In this document: positions 8,678 to 17,208 of the stretch, piece after piece
Layout of the letters: the number at the start of each line of letters is the position of its first letter
Numbering within the stretch: position 1 is the stretch's first letter
Assembly (NCBI GenBank): GCA_964497185.1
Contig: CAZCBX010000012.1
Location: 5,113-69,112 of the forward strand
Reading direction: 5' to 3'
From: an uncultured Bdellovibrionales bacterium
Lineage (GTDB): Bacteria; Bdellovibrionota_G; JALEGL01; JAGRMV01
DNA: 64,000 nt
Notes under the pieces: model-generated
Databases searched by the model: none
Told to the model about the DNA's origin: nothing
What the model saw: only the letters and a program-made list of their open reading frames with translations
Position numbers and translations under genes: made by a program

Positions 8678-10417
8678 GTGAAACCATTGGTTGAAAAGCT
8701 CTTAGGCATCTCCCGGCTCAAAGATATTTACGGCCGAACGCAGTCGGCGCAAACCCTTCAAGCCTTCATTGCGCAAGTATTGGATGAATTTCAAGTTGAG
8801 CCTCATTACCCATTGCACCAAATGGATCGCATTCCTTCCACTGGCCCCACCATTGTGGTGGCCAACCACCCCTATGGCGGCATCGAGGGATTGATTATGG
8901 CCAGCATCCTGCTCAATCTTCGCAAAGACGTCAAAATACTGGCCAATCCCATTCTTAACGTTTTTGAACCGCTGCATGATTTGTTCTTTTTTGTCGAGCC
9001 TTATCAAACACCTGAGGCCTACCAGAAAAATATTCAGGCCACCCGGCATGCCTACGATTGGTTAACAAAAGGGGGCCTGCTGGCAATGTTTCCTTCTGGC
9101 GAAGTCTCTCATCGAACCTGGAAACGGTGGGAGGTCAAAGATCCTCCATGGAGCACCAGCGTAGCCAGAATGATTCGCAAAACCAAAGCCAATGTGGTGC
9201 CCATGTTTTTTCATGGCCACAATTCTTTTACGTTTCAAGCAGCGGGGCTTTTGCATCCCTCTTTGAGAACAGCCCTTCTGCCCCGTGAGATGCTCAACAA
9301 ACGCAATGCAACCATTCAAGTAAGTTTTGGCAAACGCATCACATACAAAAAAATTCCCCTCGAATTAAAAAATCATGAGGTATCTACCTATCTGCGTTTT
9401 CGTACCTACATGTTAGAAAACACCCCTCCGACTTCCCTGCCTGCCAAAGATATCGATCAACACCATGCTACACCCATCGCGGCGCACAAAGGCACCCCCC
9501 TGCTCAATCAAGAAATTGATCATCTGCCTGCCAAGCAATGTTTGGAAACGTTTAAAGCTTTTTCTGTGTATTATGCCTACCCCGAGCAAATTCCAAACGT
9601 ACTGCATGAAATCGGCCGATTGCGTGAAAAAACTTTTCGTCAGGTCGGCGAAGGCACGGGCAAAGAGCTAGACTTAGACCGCTACGATCAACATTATGTG
9701 CATTTGTTCAGCTGGAACAATGAGCGCAAAGAAATGGTGGGCGCATACCGGCTGGGCAGAACCGATCAAATTTTACAGGACAAAGGCCTGGCAGGCTTAT
9801 ACACGCGGCAACTCTTTCGTTACGATCAGCAGTTTTTAAACAATTTGCAACCCGCTCTGGAACTGGGCCGTTCTTTTATCCGCAAGCAGTATCAAAAGGA
9901 ATTCACCTCGTTGCTCATGCTTTGGAAAGGCATCGCCAAATTTATCGCCCTGCATCCTCAATACAAAACCTTGTATGGTACGGTGAGCATCTCCAATGAC
10001 TATTCGCCTCTGTCCAAACAATTGATCATGAATTTCATCCAAAAAAAGCGCTTCAACCAAGACTTGGCGCGTTTGATCAAGGCCATCAAACCACCCCGAA
10101 CCAAGTTAAAACTTCCAGAAATCAACAGCGACGCGCTGGATGCCTTTGTGCGAGAAATCGAAGACATTTCTGATCTCATCTCTGATTTTGATACGCAATA
10201 CGAGGGTGTGCCGATTTTGCTCAAACATTACTTAAAACTCGGTGGGCAAGTTGTGGGCTTTAACATCGACAAAGATTTCCAGAATGTGGTGGATGCCATG
10301 ATCGTGGTCAAGCTCAACCAAACAGATCCCAAGCTCTTAAAATTTTACATGGGCAAAGAGGCCTACCAACACTATGAAAAGGCCGTTCAAGCCAAGGAGA
10401 GCAAGTTCGGTGCCTAG
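8678..10417 (+). CDS. two-domain acyltransferase: N-terminal PlsC-like O-acyltransferase + C-terminal OlsB/GNAT-like N-acyltransferase (OlsF-like aminolipid synthase candidate)
   Basis: 579 aa, GTG start. N-domain has VVANHPYGGIEGL and MFPSGEVS (PlsC-type motifs). C-domain has LREKTFRQVGEGTGKELDLDRYDQHYVHLFSWN, typical of OlsB/hemolysin-like GNAT (Acetyltransf_5-type) proteins. Confidence 0.7.
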   Translation: MKPLVEKLLGISRLKDIYGRTQSAQTLQAFIAQVLDEFQVEPHYPLHQMDRIPSTGPTIVVANHPYGGIEGLIMASILLNLRKDVKILANPILNVFEPLHDLFFFVEPYQTPEAYQKNIQATRHAYDWLTKGGLLAMFPSGEVSHRTWKRWEVKDPPWSTSVARMIRKTKANVVPMFFHGHNSFTFQAAGLLHPSLRTALLPREMLNKRNATIQVSFGKRITYKKIPLELKNHEVSTYLRFRTYMLENTPPTSLPAKDIDQHHATPIAAHKGTPLLNQEIDHLPAKQCLETFKAFSVYYAYPEQIPNVLHEIGRLREKTFRQVGEGTGKELDLDRYDQHYVHLFSWNNERKEMVGAYRLGRTDQILQDKGLAGLYTRQLFRYDQQFLNNLQPALELGRSFIRKQYQKEFTSLLMLWKGIAKFIALHPQYKTLYGTVSISNDYSPLSKQLIMNFIQKKRFNQDLARLIKAIKPPRTKLKLPEINSDALDAFVREIEDISDLISDFDTQYEGVPILLKHYLKLGGQVVGFNIDKDFQNVVDAMIVVKLNQTDPKLLKFYMGKEAYQHYEKAVQAKESKFGA

Positions 10418-11480
10418 CAAAATTTATGGGTTACAGCTCCACCTGCTCATATTCATTCTTTCATTCACCTTTTTGATGCACTGCCAATGGCTCGCCCAAA
10501 AAGACGAAACATCCCAAGTTTCTTCCTCCGACACAACCACCGAACCCTACCAACCCTATGAATTTGCCACGCAGGAAATGATGGCACAACAACTCAACGC
10601 GCACCCGCCCAAACCTCCGCTTCAAGAGGGTCAATGGTTTGATGCCGCGCCCTTTTGGATTCAAATCACCAATCCATCCTTGGGTCAGTATCGCATGCGT
10701 TTTTTTGCCAAAGACTTGCCCAACGTCAGTAAATTAGACAAAGCCGGAAACGTCGACATCCATGCTTTTACCATCAAGGGCAATAAAGCGTGGCGCCAGC
10801 GATTTCCCATGCTTTTTAAACCGCTGCGCATCGAAGGCCAAATGTATTCGGTGGCCACCATGGACCTTGAACACAACGCCATCCCGCTGAGTCGTTTTGA
10901 AATAAAAATGCAAATGGTTTTTCCAACCATGGTGCAATCCAAGTCCATTTATGCAAGCCATGCTGGGCAAAAATACAACATGCATCGCGAAGTCATTGCC
11001 ATTCATGCCGTAAGAGACAATGAAGCCATCCTTTATCATGAAGGTACACCAGAATTGTTTTTTGGCGTGACCGGCTTTAATCAACAGCAGCAACCAATGC
11101 GCCCCGTTAAAGTTGAAAGCGCTGAAACAAAGAAGCGCCGCACCCGTTTCCGATACGTGTTTGACCAAGCGCTAAGCCACGTAGACGTGCATGTTGCAAA
11201 AGCACTGATGAAGCCGCGCAAATCGATGATTGTGTCCGCCGACGCTTTTTATCATCGGCTTGGCGCGCACGTTATTACTTTTGATCAACATCCTTCCAGC
11301 GTATCACGCAAAGTGATACCCGGACGTGCCACTTTAAAAACACCCAAACATGCGATTAAAATTGAAAACAAAATTTTGGTCATTGATCAACTTTACTATG
11401 GCAAACTCAGTGGAGAAGCCTGGATTCATATTAAACCCGATCAAGTCGTCATCAACGGGAAGACGGTACAACCCCAGTAG
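10410..11480 (+). CDS. hypothetical secreted/membrane-anchored protein
   Basis: ORF opens at ATG 10374, which overlaps the previous gene by 44 nt. GTG 10410 is preceded by AAGGAG (10394-10399). Hydrophobic N-terminus LQLHLLIFILSFTFLMHC. No recognisable domain. Confidence 0.45.
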   Translation: MPSKIYGLQLHLLIFILSFTFLMHCQWLAQKDETSQVSSSDTTTEPYQPYEFATQEMMAQQLNAHPPKPPLQEGQWFDAAPFWIQITNPSLGQYRMRFFAKDLPNVSKLDKAGNVDIHAFTIKGNKAWRQRFPMLFKPLRIEGQMYSVATMDLEHNAIPLSRFEIKMQMVFPTMVQSKSIYASHAGQKYNMHREVIAIHAVRDNEAILYHEGTPELFFGVTGFNQQQQPMRPVKVESAETKKRRTRFRYVFDQALSHVDVHVAKALMKPRKSMIVSADAFYHRLGAHVITFDQHPSSVSRKVIPGRATLKTPKHAIKIENKILVIDQLYYGKLSGEAWIHIKPDQVVINGKTVQPQ

Positions 11481-12633
11481 AAGAGTATCCTTTGGGCAAA
11501 ATGCGCATTAATTTTCCCGTATCGGTACTGGCCCATAGATAACCCTTGGGATCCACGGCCACATGCCGAAAGCGTTTTTCCATGTCTTCCAACCATCGTT
11601 CTTCCAATATTTTTCCTTCATTGGGTATCAATACGTTGATGTGTTGTCCGGCCAATGCTGGAATGACAAAAGCACCTTCATAACCGGGATATTGTTGGCC
11701 ACGATAAAGCAGCAAACTGGACGGTGCAATGGAGGGCACATAAAAATGAACGGGTCGCTCAATGCCTTCGATATGCGTTAACCCCTCTCCCACGGGCAAA
11801 CCGGAATATTCACGGCCGTAGGTTACCAGCGGCCATCCATAGTTTGCGCCTTTGATGATACGATTCAACTCATCTCCACCCCTGGGCCCATGTTCTGTGA
11901 CCCATAGTGTATCGGTTTGATGGTCGTATACCGTGCCTTGAGGATTTCGATGGCCATACGACCATACACCTGGATGCACGTTGGGATCCTGAACAAAAGG
12001 ATTGTCTTTGGGCGCCGAACCATCCAGCCTTAAACGGTAGATCTTTCCACCCGAAGCGGTGAGATTTTGGGCCTGATCTCGATCGCCGCGATCTCCCACA
12101 CCAAAAAACATATGGCCTTTTTGATCGAAGGCAAGCCGAGAGCCAAAATGCTCTCTCTTTTGTGAACCGCTGTCAGACGTAAATAAAACTTCCAATTTAT
12201 CCAATTTGCCGTCCATCCATCGCGCCCGTGACACCCTGGTTTCGATGCCGTCATCGGGCTGTTTGACACTGTAGGTAAAATAAAGCCACGGCTTTTTAGG
12301 ATAAGATGGATCCAAAGCAATGTCCATCAGTCCGCCTTGGCCCCAAACAAATACTTGGAAGGGAAGCGCAATGTCTTTTTCTTGGCGGGTCGCCAAGTTG
12401 ACTTGTTTGATTTTGCCATTGCGTTGGCTGAGCAAAACTTGATTGTGATCCAAAAAAAGAAACGACCAAATCACACCAATATCTTTGGTTTGATAAACCG
12501 ATGAAGGTGCCACAGACACCGTGGGTTCAGATTCGTAAATATTTTCAGGAACAGCAGGCCGATAGGTCAACACCACCCAAAGGCAGATGGCCATACAAAA
12601 TAAGACTGTCCAAACAAAAATCCATCGCTTCAT
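11452..12633 (-). CDS. PQQ-dependent soluble sugar (aldose/sorbosone) dehydrogenase, YliI-like
   Basis: 393 aa with signal anchor. Motifs GGLMDIALDP, HFGSRLAFD, WSYGHRNPQG, EHGPRGGDELN, ANYGWP. 3' end overlaps the convergent upstream gene by 29 nt. Confidence 0.85.
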   Translation of the reverse strand: MKRWIFVWTVLFCMAICLWVVLTYRPAVPENIYESEPTVSVAPSSVYQTKDIGVIWSFLFLDHNQVLLSQRNGKIKQVNLATRQEKDIALPFQVFVWGQGGLMDIALDPSYPKKPWLYFTYSVKQPDDGIETRVSRARWMDGKLDKLEVLFTSDSGSQKREHFGSRLAFDQKGHMFFGVGDRGDRDQAQNLTASGGKIYRLRLDGSAPKDNPFVQDPNVHPGVWSYGHRNPQGTVYDHQTDTLWVTEHGPRGGDELNRIIKGANYGWPLVTYGREYSGLPVGEGLTHIEGIERPVHFYVPSIAPSSLLLYRGQQYPGYEGAFVIPALAGQHINVLIPNEGKILEERWLEDMEKRFRHVAVDPKGYLWASTDTGKLMRILPKGYSSTGVVPSSR

Positions 12634-12795
12634 GCACCGTTGGTTTTACGCCATACACGAATAAAAGGAAGTCTTTTATTGACATCCAACGTTGGCTCTC
12701 ATAACAAAGAAGCCATGGAAGACATCGGCGACCAGTCACAGTCCTTGATTGCAGCCAAGCTGGCACAAAACCTCACAGCGTAGCCAGTTTTTACG

Positions 12796-12820
12796 AACCC
12801 GCCTTTGGTGGGTTTTTTTT
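12796..12820 (+). terminator. intrinsic terminator-like hairpin inside the 5' leader of the AGCS symporter gene (attenuator candidate)
   Basis: aacccgcc-ttt-ggtgggtt followed by tttttt, 44 nt upstream of ATG 12864. There is no upstream plus-strand gene for it to terminate. Confidence 0.55.
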
Positions 12821-12863
12821 ATGTATTTTAACCACCGCAAGGCAGTGGCAACAGAAAGTAAGC

Positions 12864-14279
12864 ATGATATTTGAAGCACTCGGATTTTTTAACCAATACA
12901 TCGGCGGTTACCTGCTGCTGATTCTTTTAATTCCAGCTGGGATTATTTTTTCCTTCGCGTTTGGCTTTGTGCAAATTCGCCATTTAAAACATGTCGTTGA
13001 AATTGTGCAAGGCAAACATGATCGCGCCACCCACAAAGGTGAAATTTCTCACTTTCGCGCTTTGACCACAGCCTTATCGGGCACGGTGGGCACGGGCAAC
13101 ATTGTGGGTGTGGCCCTGGCCATATTCATTGGTGGCCCCGGCGCCCTATTCTGGATGTGGTTGACAGGTTTTTTTGGCATGGCCACCAAATTTGTTGAAT
13201 GCACGCTTTCCCACGAATACCGAGGGCAAACAGCTTTTGGTCAGTCCTACGGCGGGCCCATGCTGTACATTCAGCAAGGACTCAAACCGTACATCGGCCG
13301 GGGCGCCACGGTGCTGGCCATGGTGTTTACCATTGCCGCGCTTTTTACGGCCGTGGCCGATGCCATGACGCAAATGAATTCCATGTCCGAAGGACTCAAA
13401 GACAATTATGCCATCGCGCCCTGGATTACAGGTCTTATCTTTTCGCTGATGCTTTACTGCATTGTTATCGGTGGCATTCGCCGTATTGGTGCTGTCACCA
13501 GTCGTATTCTGCCCAGCATCGCGCTTTTGTATTGCATTTGTGCGTTAAGTATTCTGGGTAGCCACATCGGCGAAATCCCTGCGGCCTTTGGCCTTATATT
13601 CGAAGGTGCTTTTAGTGGCACGGGCGCCACTGGTGGGTTTGTGGGCAGCGCTTTTATGGTCACCGCCATGAAAGGGGTGCAAAGGGGTCTTTTCTCCAAT
13701 GAAGCCGGCGCAGGTTCTGCAGCCATGGCACACGCCGCGGCCAAAACCGACGAGCCCATTCGTGAAGGCTTGGTCGCTTCGATTGGGCCCTTGATTGATA
13801 CCCTCTTCATTTGTACCATGACGGGTCTGACCATCATTGTGACAGGTGCCTGGAAATCAGGCATTGAAGGGGTCGGCATGACCATCGAAGCTTTTAAAAA
13901 CGCGGGCGACATTCCATGGGTCGGCGCGCTCAATTTGCACATTGTGCCGATTGCTTTGTTGTTTTTTGCTTTTACCACCATCATTGCCTACGCCTATTAT
14001 GGTGAAACCGCTTACAACTATCTGATCCGCTCCAAACCCAAGGATCACTTTCTGCAACGACAAGGACGCACCATTTATTTTCTGATCATTTGTATCACTG
14101 CGTTTTTGGGCACCCAGCTCAGTGTCAGCAAAGTATGGGACTTTATGGATGCAGCCTACTCCATGATGGCCATCCCCAACTTGATTGCGCTGCTGGTTTT
14201 GTTTCCCAAAGTTCGAAAAAAGTATATTCAGTACAAACAAACGTACTTAACCAAACCCACCCAAGGAAACAATTCATGA
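12864..14279 (+). CDS. alanine/glycine:cation symporter (AGCS family)
   Basis: 471 aa, polytopic. Family signature ALTTALSGTVGTGNIVGVA; also GLFSNEAGAGSAAMAHAAAKTDEP. Confidence 0.9.
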   Translation: MIFEALGFFNQYIGGYLLLILLIPAGIIFSFAFGFVQIRHLKHVVEIVQGKHDRATHKGEISHFRALTTALSGTVGTGNIVGVALAIFIGGPGALFWMWLTGFFGMATKFVECTLSHEYRGQTAFGQSYGGPMLYIQQGLKPYIGRGATVLAMVFTIAALFTAVADAMTQMNSMSEGLKDNYAIAPWITGLIFSLMLYCIVIGGIRRIGAVTSRILPSIALLYCICALSILGSHIGEIPAAFGLIFEGAFSGTGATGGFVGSAFMVTAMKGVQRGLFSNEAGAGSAAMAHAAAKTDEPIREGLVASIGPLIDTLFICTMTGLTIIVTGAWKSGIEGVGMTIEAFKNAGDIPWVGALNLHIVPIALLFFAFTTIIAYAYYGETAYNYLIRSKPKDHFLQRQGRTIYFLIICITAFLGTQLSVSKVWDFMDAAYSMMAIPNLIALLVLFPKVRKKYIQYKQTYLTKPTQGNNS

Positions 14280-14659
14280 CCCGGGACAAACAACCACAAA
14301 GAAATGTATTTGGCCAACCCCTAGAGCCTTGTTGCACTTCGCCCATGACGGGTTTTTACAGAGATGGTTACTGTCGCACGGGTACTGAGGATCGAGGGCT
14401 TCATACGGTTTGCGTTCAAGTCACCGAAGACTTTCTTGCGTTTAGCAAAGCAAGGGGCAATGATCTATCTACACCAGTGCCTGAACATGACTTTCAAGGG
14501 TTGCGCGATGGCAGCACGTGGTGCCTTTGCGCCACACGCTACAAAGAAGCACTGGATGCTGGCTATGAGATGCCCATCAAACTGGCTTCCACCCACGAAA
14601 AAACATTGGAATATGTTTCACTGGAGCAAATGAAAAAATCGGCCATTGATGTAAGTTAG
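14276..14659 (+). CDS. DUF2237 family protein
   Basis: 127 aa from the internal ATG that overlaps the symporter stop (ATGA). NVFGQPLEPCCTSPMTGFYRDGYCRTG...GLHTVC...WCLCATRYKEA is the Cys-rich DUF2237 pattern as I recall it. Confidence 0.7.
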   Translation: MTRDKQPQRNVFGQPLEPCCTSPMTGFYRDGYCRTGTEDRGLHTVCVQVTEDFLAFSKARGNDLSTPVPEHDFQGLRDGSTWCLCATRYKEALDAGYEMPIKLASTHEKTLEYVSLEQMKKSAIDVS

Positions 14660-14665
14660 CCCGAT

Positions 14666-14944
14666 TTATTCGGAAGAATCGATCTCCACCCTTTGCTGCA
14701 CGAAAATTTTTTTTTGATTTGATGGCCACTGCTTGATTTCATATTCACGCTTGCTCGCAGAAGACCGACACGCAAACATCTCTTGGTAAACAATACGGAT
14801 GGGTTTGTCTTGATAAAAATATTTGGCACCTTTTTTGGTTTGATGTTGCTCAAAACGCCGGCGCACGTCGGTGGTGATGCCTGTATACAGCGCACCCTTT
14901 TCCGTTTCGATCATGTACACCCACCACGTATTGTCGGTTGCCAT
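14666..14944 (-). CDS. GIY-YIG nuclease family protein (YhbQ-like)
   Basis: WWVYMIETEKGALYTGITTDVRRRFEQHQ...REYEIKQW. Preferred start MATDNTWW (14944) lies 1 nt after the upstream ABC gene stop. Confidence 0.8.
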   Translation of the reverse strand: MATDNTWWVYMIETEKGALYTGITTDVRRRFEQHQTKKGAKYFYQDKPIRIVYQEMFACRSSASKREYEIKQWPSNQKKIFVQQRVEIDSSE

Positions 14945-14945
14945 T

Positions 14946-16421
14946 TTACGATCTCTTTTCCAACCAATGTTCAACCATTTCAAAAAAGATGTGCACCAAC
15001 ACCGCCATCACCGCAGCAGGAATAGCGCCCTGCATGACCACATTCATTTGATTCAATGCCAAACCGCTGACAATGGGTACGCCGTAGCCCCCAGCCCCAA
15101 TCAGTGCTGCCAGTGTTGCGGTGCCAATGGTGATGATACTGGCTGTTTTGATCCCGCCCAAAATGGCTTTGGTGGCCAACGGCATTTCAATTTTATAAAG
15201 CCTTTGCCAGCGGGTTAACCCCAAGGCCCGAGCCGATTCAATCAAGCTTGCATCAATGGTGGCCAACCCATCGTATGTATTGCGCACAATGGGCAATAAG
15301 CCATAAAGAAACAAAGCCACTACGGCAGGCAACCATCCAATGCCCAGCGGCGCAATCAAAAACGCAAACAGAGCCAGCGAAGGAATGGTTTGAATCACGC
15401 CCACGCTGCCGAGCAGCCCCTGGCGCAAAAAACCATACTCAAACGCAAGATAGCCCAACAACAAGCCCAGAGTGATGCTACCTGACATGGCCATGAGCAC
15501 CAAAAGCATGTGCTGCCAAGTACGCAACCAAATGGCGTCCATCAAAGTTGGGGCCACTTGCCTTGGTGAAACCACTTGGGTTTGCTGGGCTAGAAAATCA
15601 GCCACCACGGTTTGGATGCTGGCCTGCTCAATGTCCACTCGTGCGTTAAGCTCAATCATGGTGGCTTCATCCAATTGTCCCACCAAATGTTTTTGAATCA
15701 GTGCATGGGTTTTTGGATGGGTTTGTGCGAAATCACCCCGCGTTAAAAAAGTGGCTTTGTAGTCAGGAATTACACCCAAAGGGTCTTCCAACATGACCAA
15801 ATCCATGGAGGATAGTTTGGCATCGGTGCTGTACAAATCGGTTAACTCAATTTTTTCGTTGGCCAAAGCCTCATACTTTAGCGCGTGGTTGATGCTCTTT
15901 TTATTCAAAAGCTCAAAACCATAGGCCTGTGCGATGGCTGGGTAAGAATCTTCACGAAAAAGAAAATCTTCTGTAAAAGCCGCTTGAAGCCGGGGCACCT
16001 TTTTTAAATCTGTCAGCGTCTTGAGCCCATGGGTTTTGGCCACCGAGGGGGGCACTGCAAACACATAGGTGTTGGCAAAACCCAGCGCATCCATCATGTT
16101 TAAATCAAGGGACGATATGGCTTTTTGAATGGACGGGTAATCATCCAACGATGGATCTTTCAATAGCACCAGCTTGATGGTGTCGGAGTAATCGGGATAA
16201 ATATCAATGCTGCCATTTTGAAGGGCTGAAAAAGCAATGCCGCTTTGACCCAAACCCAGTTTTCGAATCACAGGGCCCTCGCCTGCTCTCTGAGCAAGCT
16301 GCGCCACCATTTCTGCCAAAAGATAACTTTCAGTAAAAGGTTTGCTGGCCACCGTTAAGTCAGCATGGGCAAAACAGCTCCACATCCCTACCAGCCCCAG
16401 CCAAATTTTGGCCCACTTCAC
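14946..16421 (-). CDS. fused substrate-binding/permease component of a glycine betaine/choline-type ABC transporter
   Basis: 491 aa. N-terminal half is OpuAC/OpuBC-like binding domain (signal peptide, KPFTESYLLAEM, IDIYPDYS). C-terminal half is a permease with an EAA-like loop (IESARALGLTRWQRLYKIEMPLA). Confidence 0.85.
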   Translation of the reverse strand: MKWAKIWLGLVGMWSCFAHADLTVASKPFTESYLLAEMVAQLAQRAGEGPVIRKLGLGQSGIAFSALQNGSIDIYPDYSDTIKLVLLKDPSLDDYPSIQKAISSLDLNMMDALGFANTYVFAVPPSVAKTHGLKTLTDLKKVPRLQAAFTEDFLFREDSYPAIAQAYGFELLNKKSINHALKYEALANEKIELTDLYSTDAKLSSMDLVMLEDPLGVIPDYKATFLTRGDFAQTHPKTHALIQKHLVGQLDEATMIELNARVDIEQASIQTVVADFLAQQTQVVSPRQVAPTLMDAIWLRTWQHMLLVLMAMSGSITLGLLLGYLAFEYGFLRQGLLGSVGVIQTIPSLALFAFLIAPLGIGWLPAVVALFLYGLLPIVRNTYDGLATIDASLIESARALGLTRWQRLYKIEMPLATKAILGGIKTASIITIGTATLAALIGAGGYGVPIVSGLALNQMNVVMQGAIPAAVMAVLVHIFFEMVEHWLEKRS

Positions 16422-17194
16422 ATGGCCTCCAATGGACGATGGGCTTGCATAAAGCGGTGGGCGTAGGTGTGGTTGGGCGCGGCTTTGAGGGTTTGAAAAT
16501 CGCCGTGCACTTCGATTTTTCCTCCGTGCAATAGCGTGATGGTGTGACCAAAGTAAGCGGCCTCTGCCAAATCATGGGTCACCATCACCACGGTTTTATC
16601 CAGCTGGTTGAATAAATCTTTGAGTTCTTGTTGCAAATCATACCGCGTGACGGGGTCAAGTGCGCCCAGTGGCTCATCCAAAAAAAGTACGCTGGGATCC
16701 AACATCAATGCCCGCATCAGCCCAATGCGTTGACGTTGTCCCCCGCTCATTTGATGGGGCTTTCGCTTTAAAAGTTTGGCTGGCAAATGCATCAAATCCG
16801 AAAGCTGCGCCACCCGGTCCATCAAAGCAGCTTTTTCTTGGCCATGACTCAAACCAGCCAAAAGCACATTTTGCAGCGCGGTCATGTGCGGAAACAACCC
16901 ACCTTTTTGAATCACATATCCGGTCTCTTGTGCAATGGCGCGCTGAGAACTGGCATTGACCGCCAGTCCGTTGAGATCAATGGATCCTTGATCCGGCTGA
17001 ATCAAACCAAGCATCATGCGGATCAACGTGGTTTTGCCACACCCGCTGGTACCCAAAAGCACATGGGTTTTTTTGGCAGGCAGGGTCAAATCGATGGGGC
17101 CAAGCACCACTTGACCATGGTAGGACTTCTGTACTTTTTGAATCTGAATCAAAGCCAACCGATCATAGCACACGCGCCCCATGCTGTCAGGCAC
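16418..17194 (-). CDS. ABC transporter ATP-binding protein
   Basis: Walker A GTSGCGKTT, signature MSGGQRQRIG, Walker B LFLDEP. 4-nt overlap with the permease gene. Confidence 0.85.
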   Translation of the reverse strand: MPDSMGRVCYDRLALIQIQKVQKSYHGQVVLGPIDLTLPAKKTHVLLGTSGCGKTTLIRMMLGLIQPDQGSIDLNGLAVNASSQRAIAQETGYVIQKGGLFPHMTALQNVLLAGLSHGQEKAALMDRVAQLSDLMHLPAKLLKRKPHQMSGGQRQRIGLMRALMLDPSVLFLDEPLGALDPVTRYDLQQELKDLFNQLDKTVVMVTHDLAEAAYFGHTITLLHGGKIEVHGDFQTLKAAPNHTYAHRFMQAHRPLEAM

Positions 17195-17208
17195 TCAATC
17201 AGGAAAGC

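Noticed and set aside
12634-12863. Glycine riboswitch upstream of the AGCS symporter
   Set aside because: I could not find the conserved aptamer cores (GGAGAG ... CACCGAAGGGGCAA ... CUCAGGCAAAAGGAC type) in the leader. Only the terminator and generic hairpins are visible, so it is reported as an unassigned attenuator candidate.
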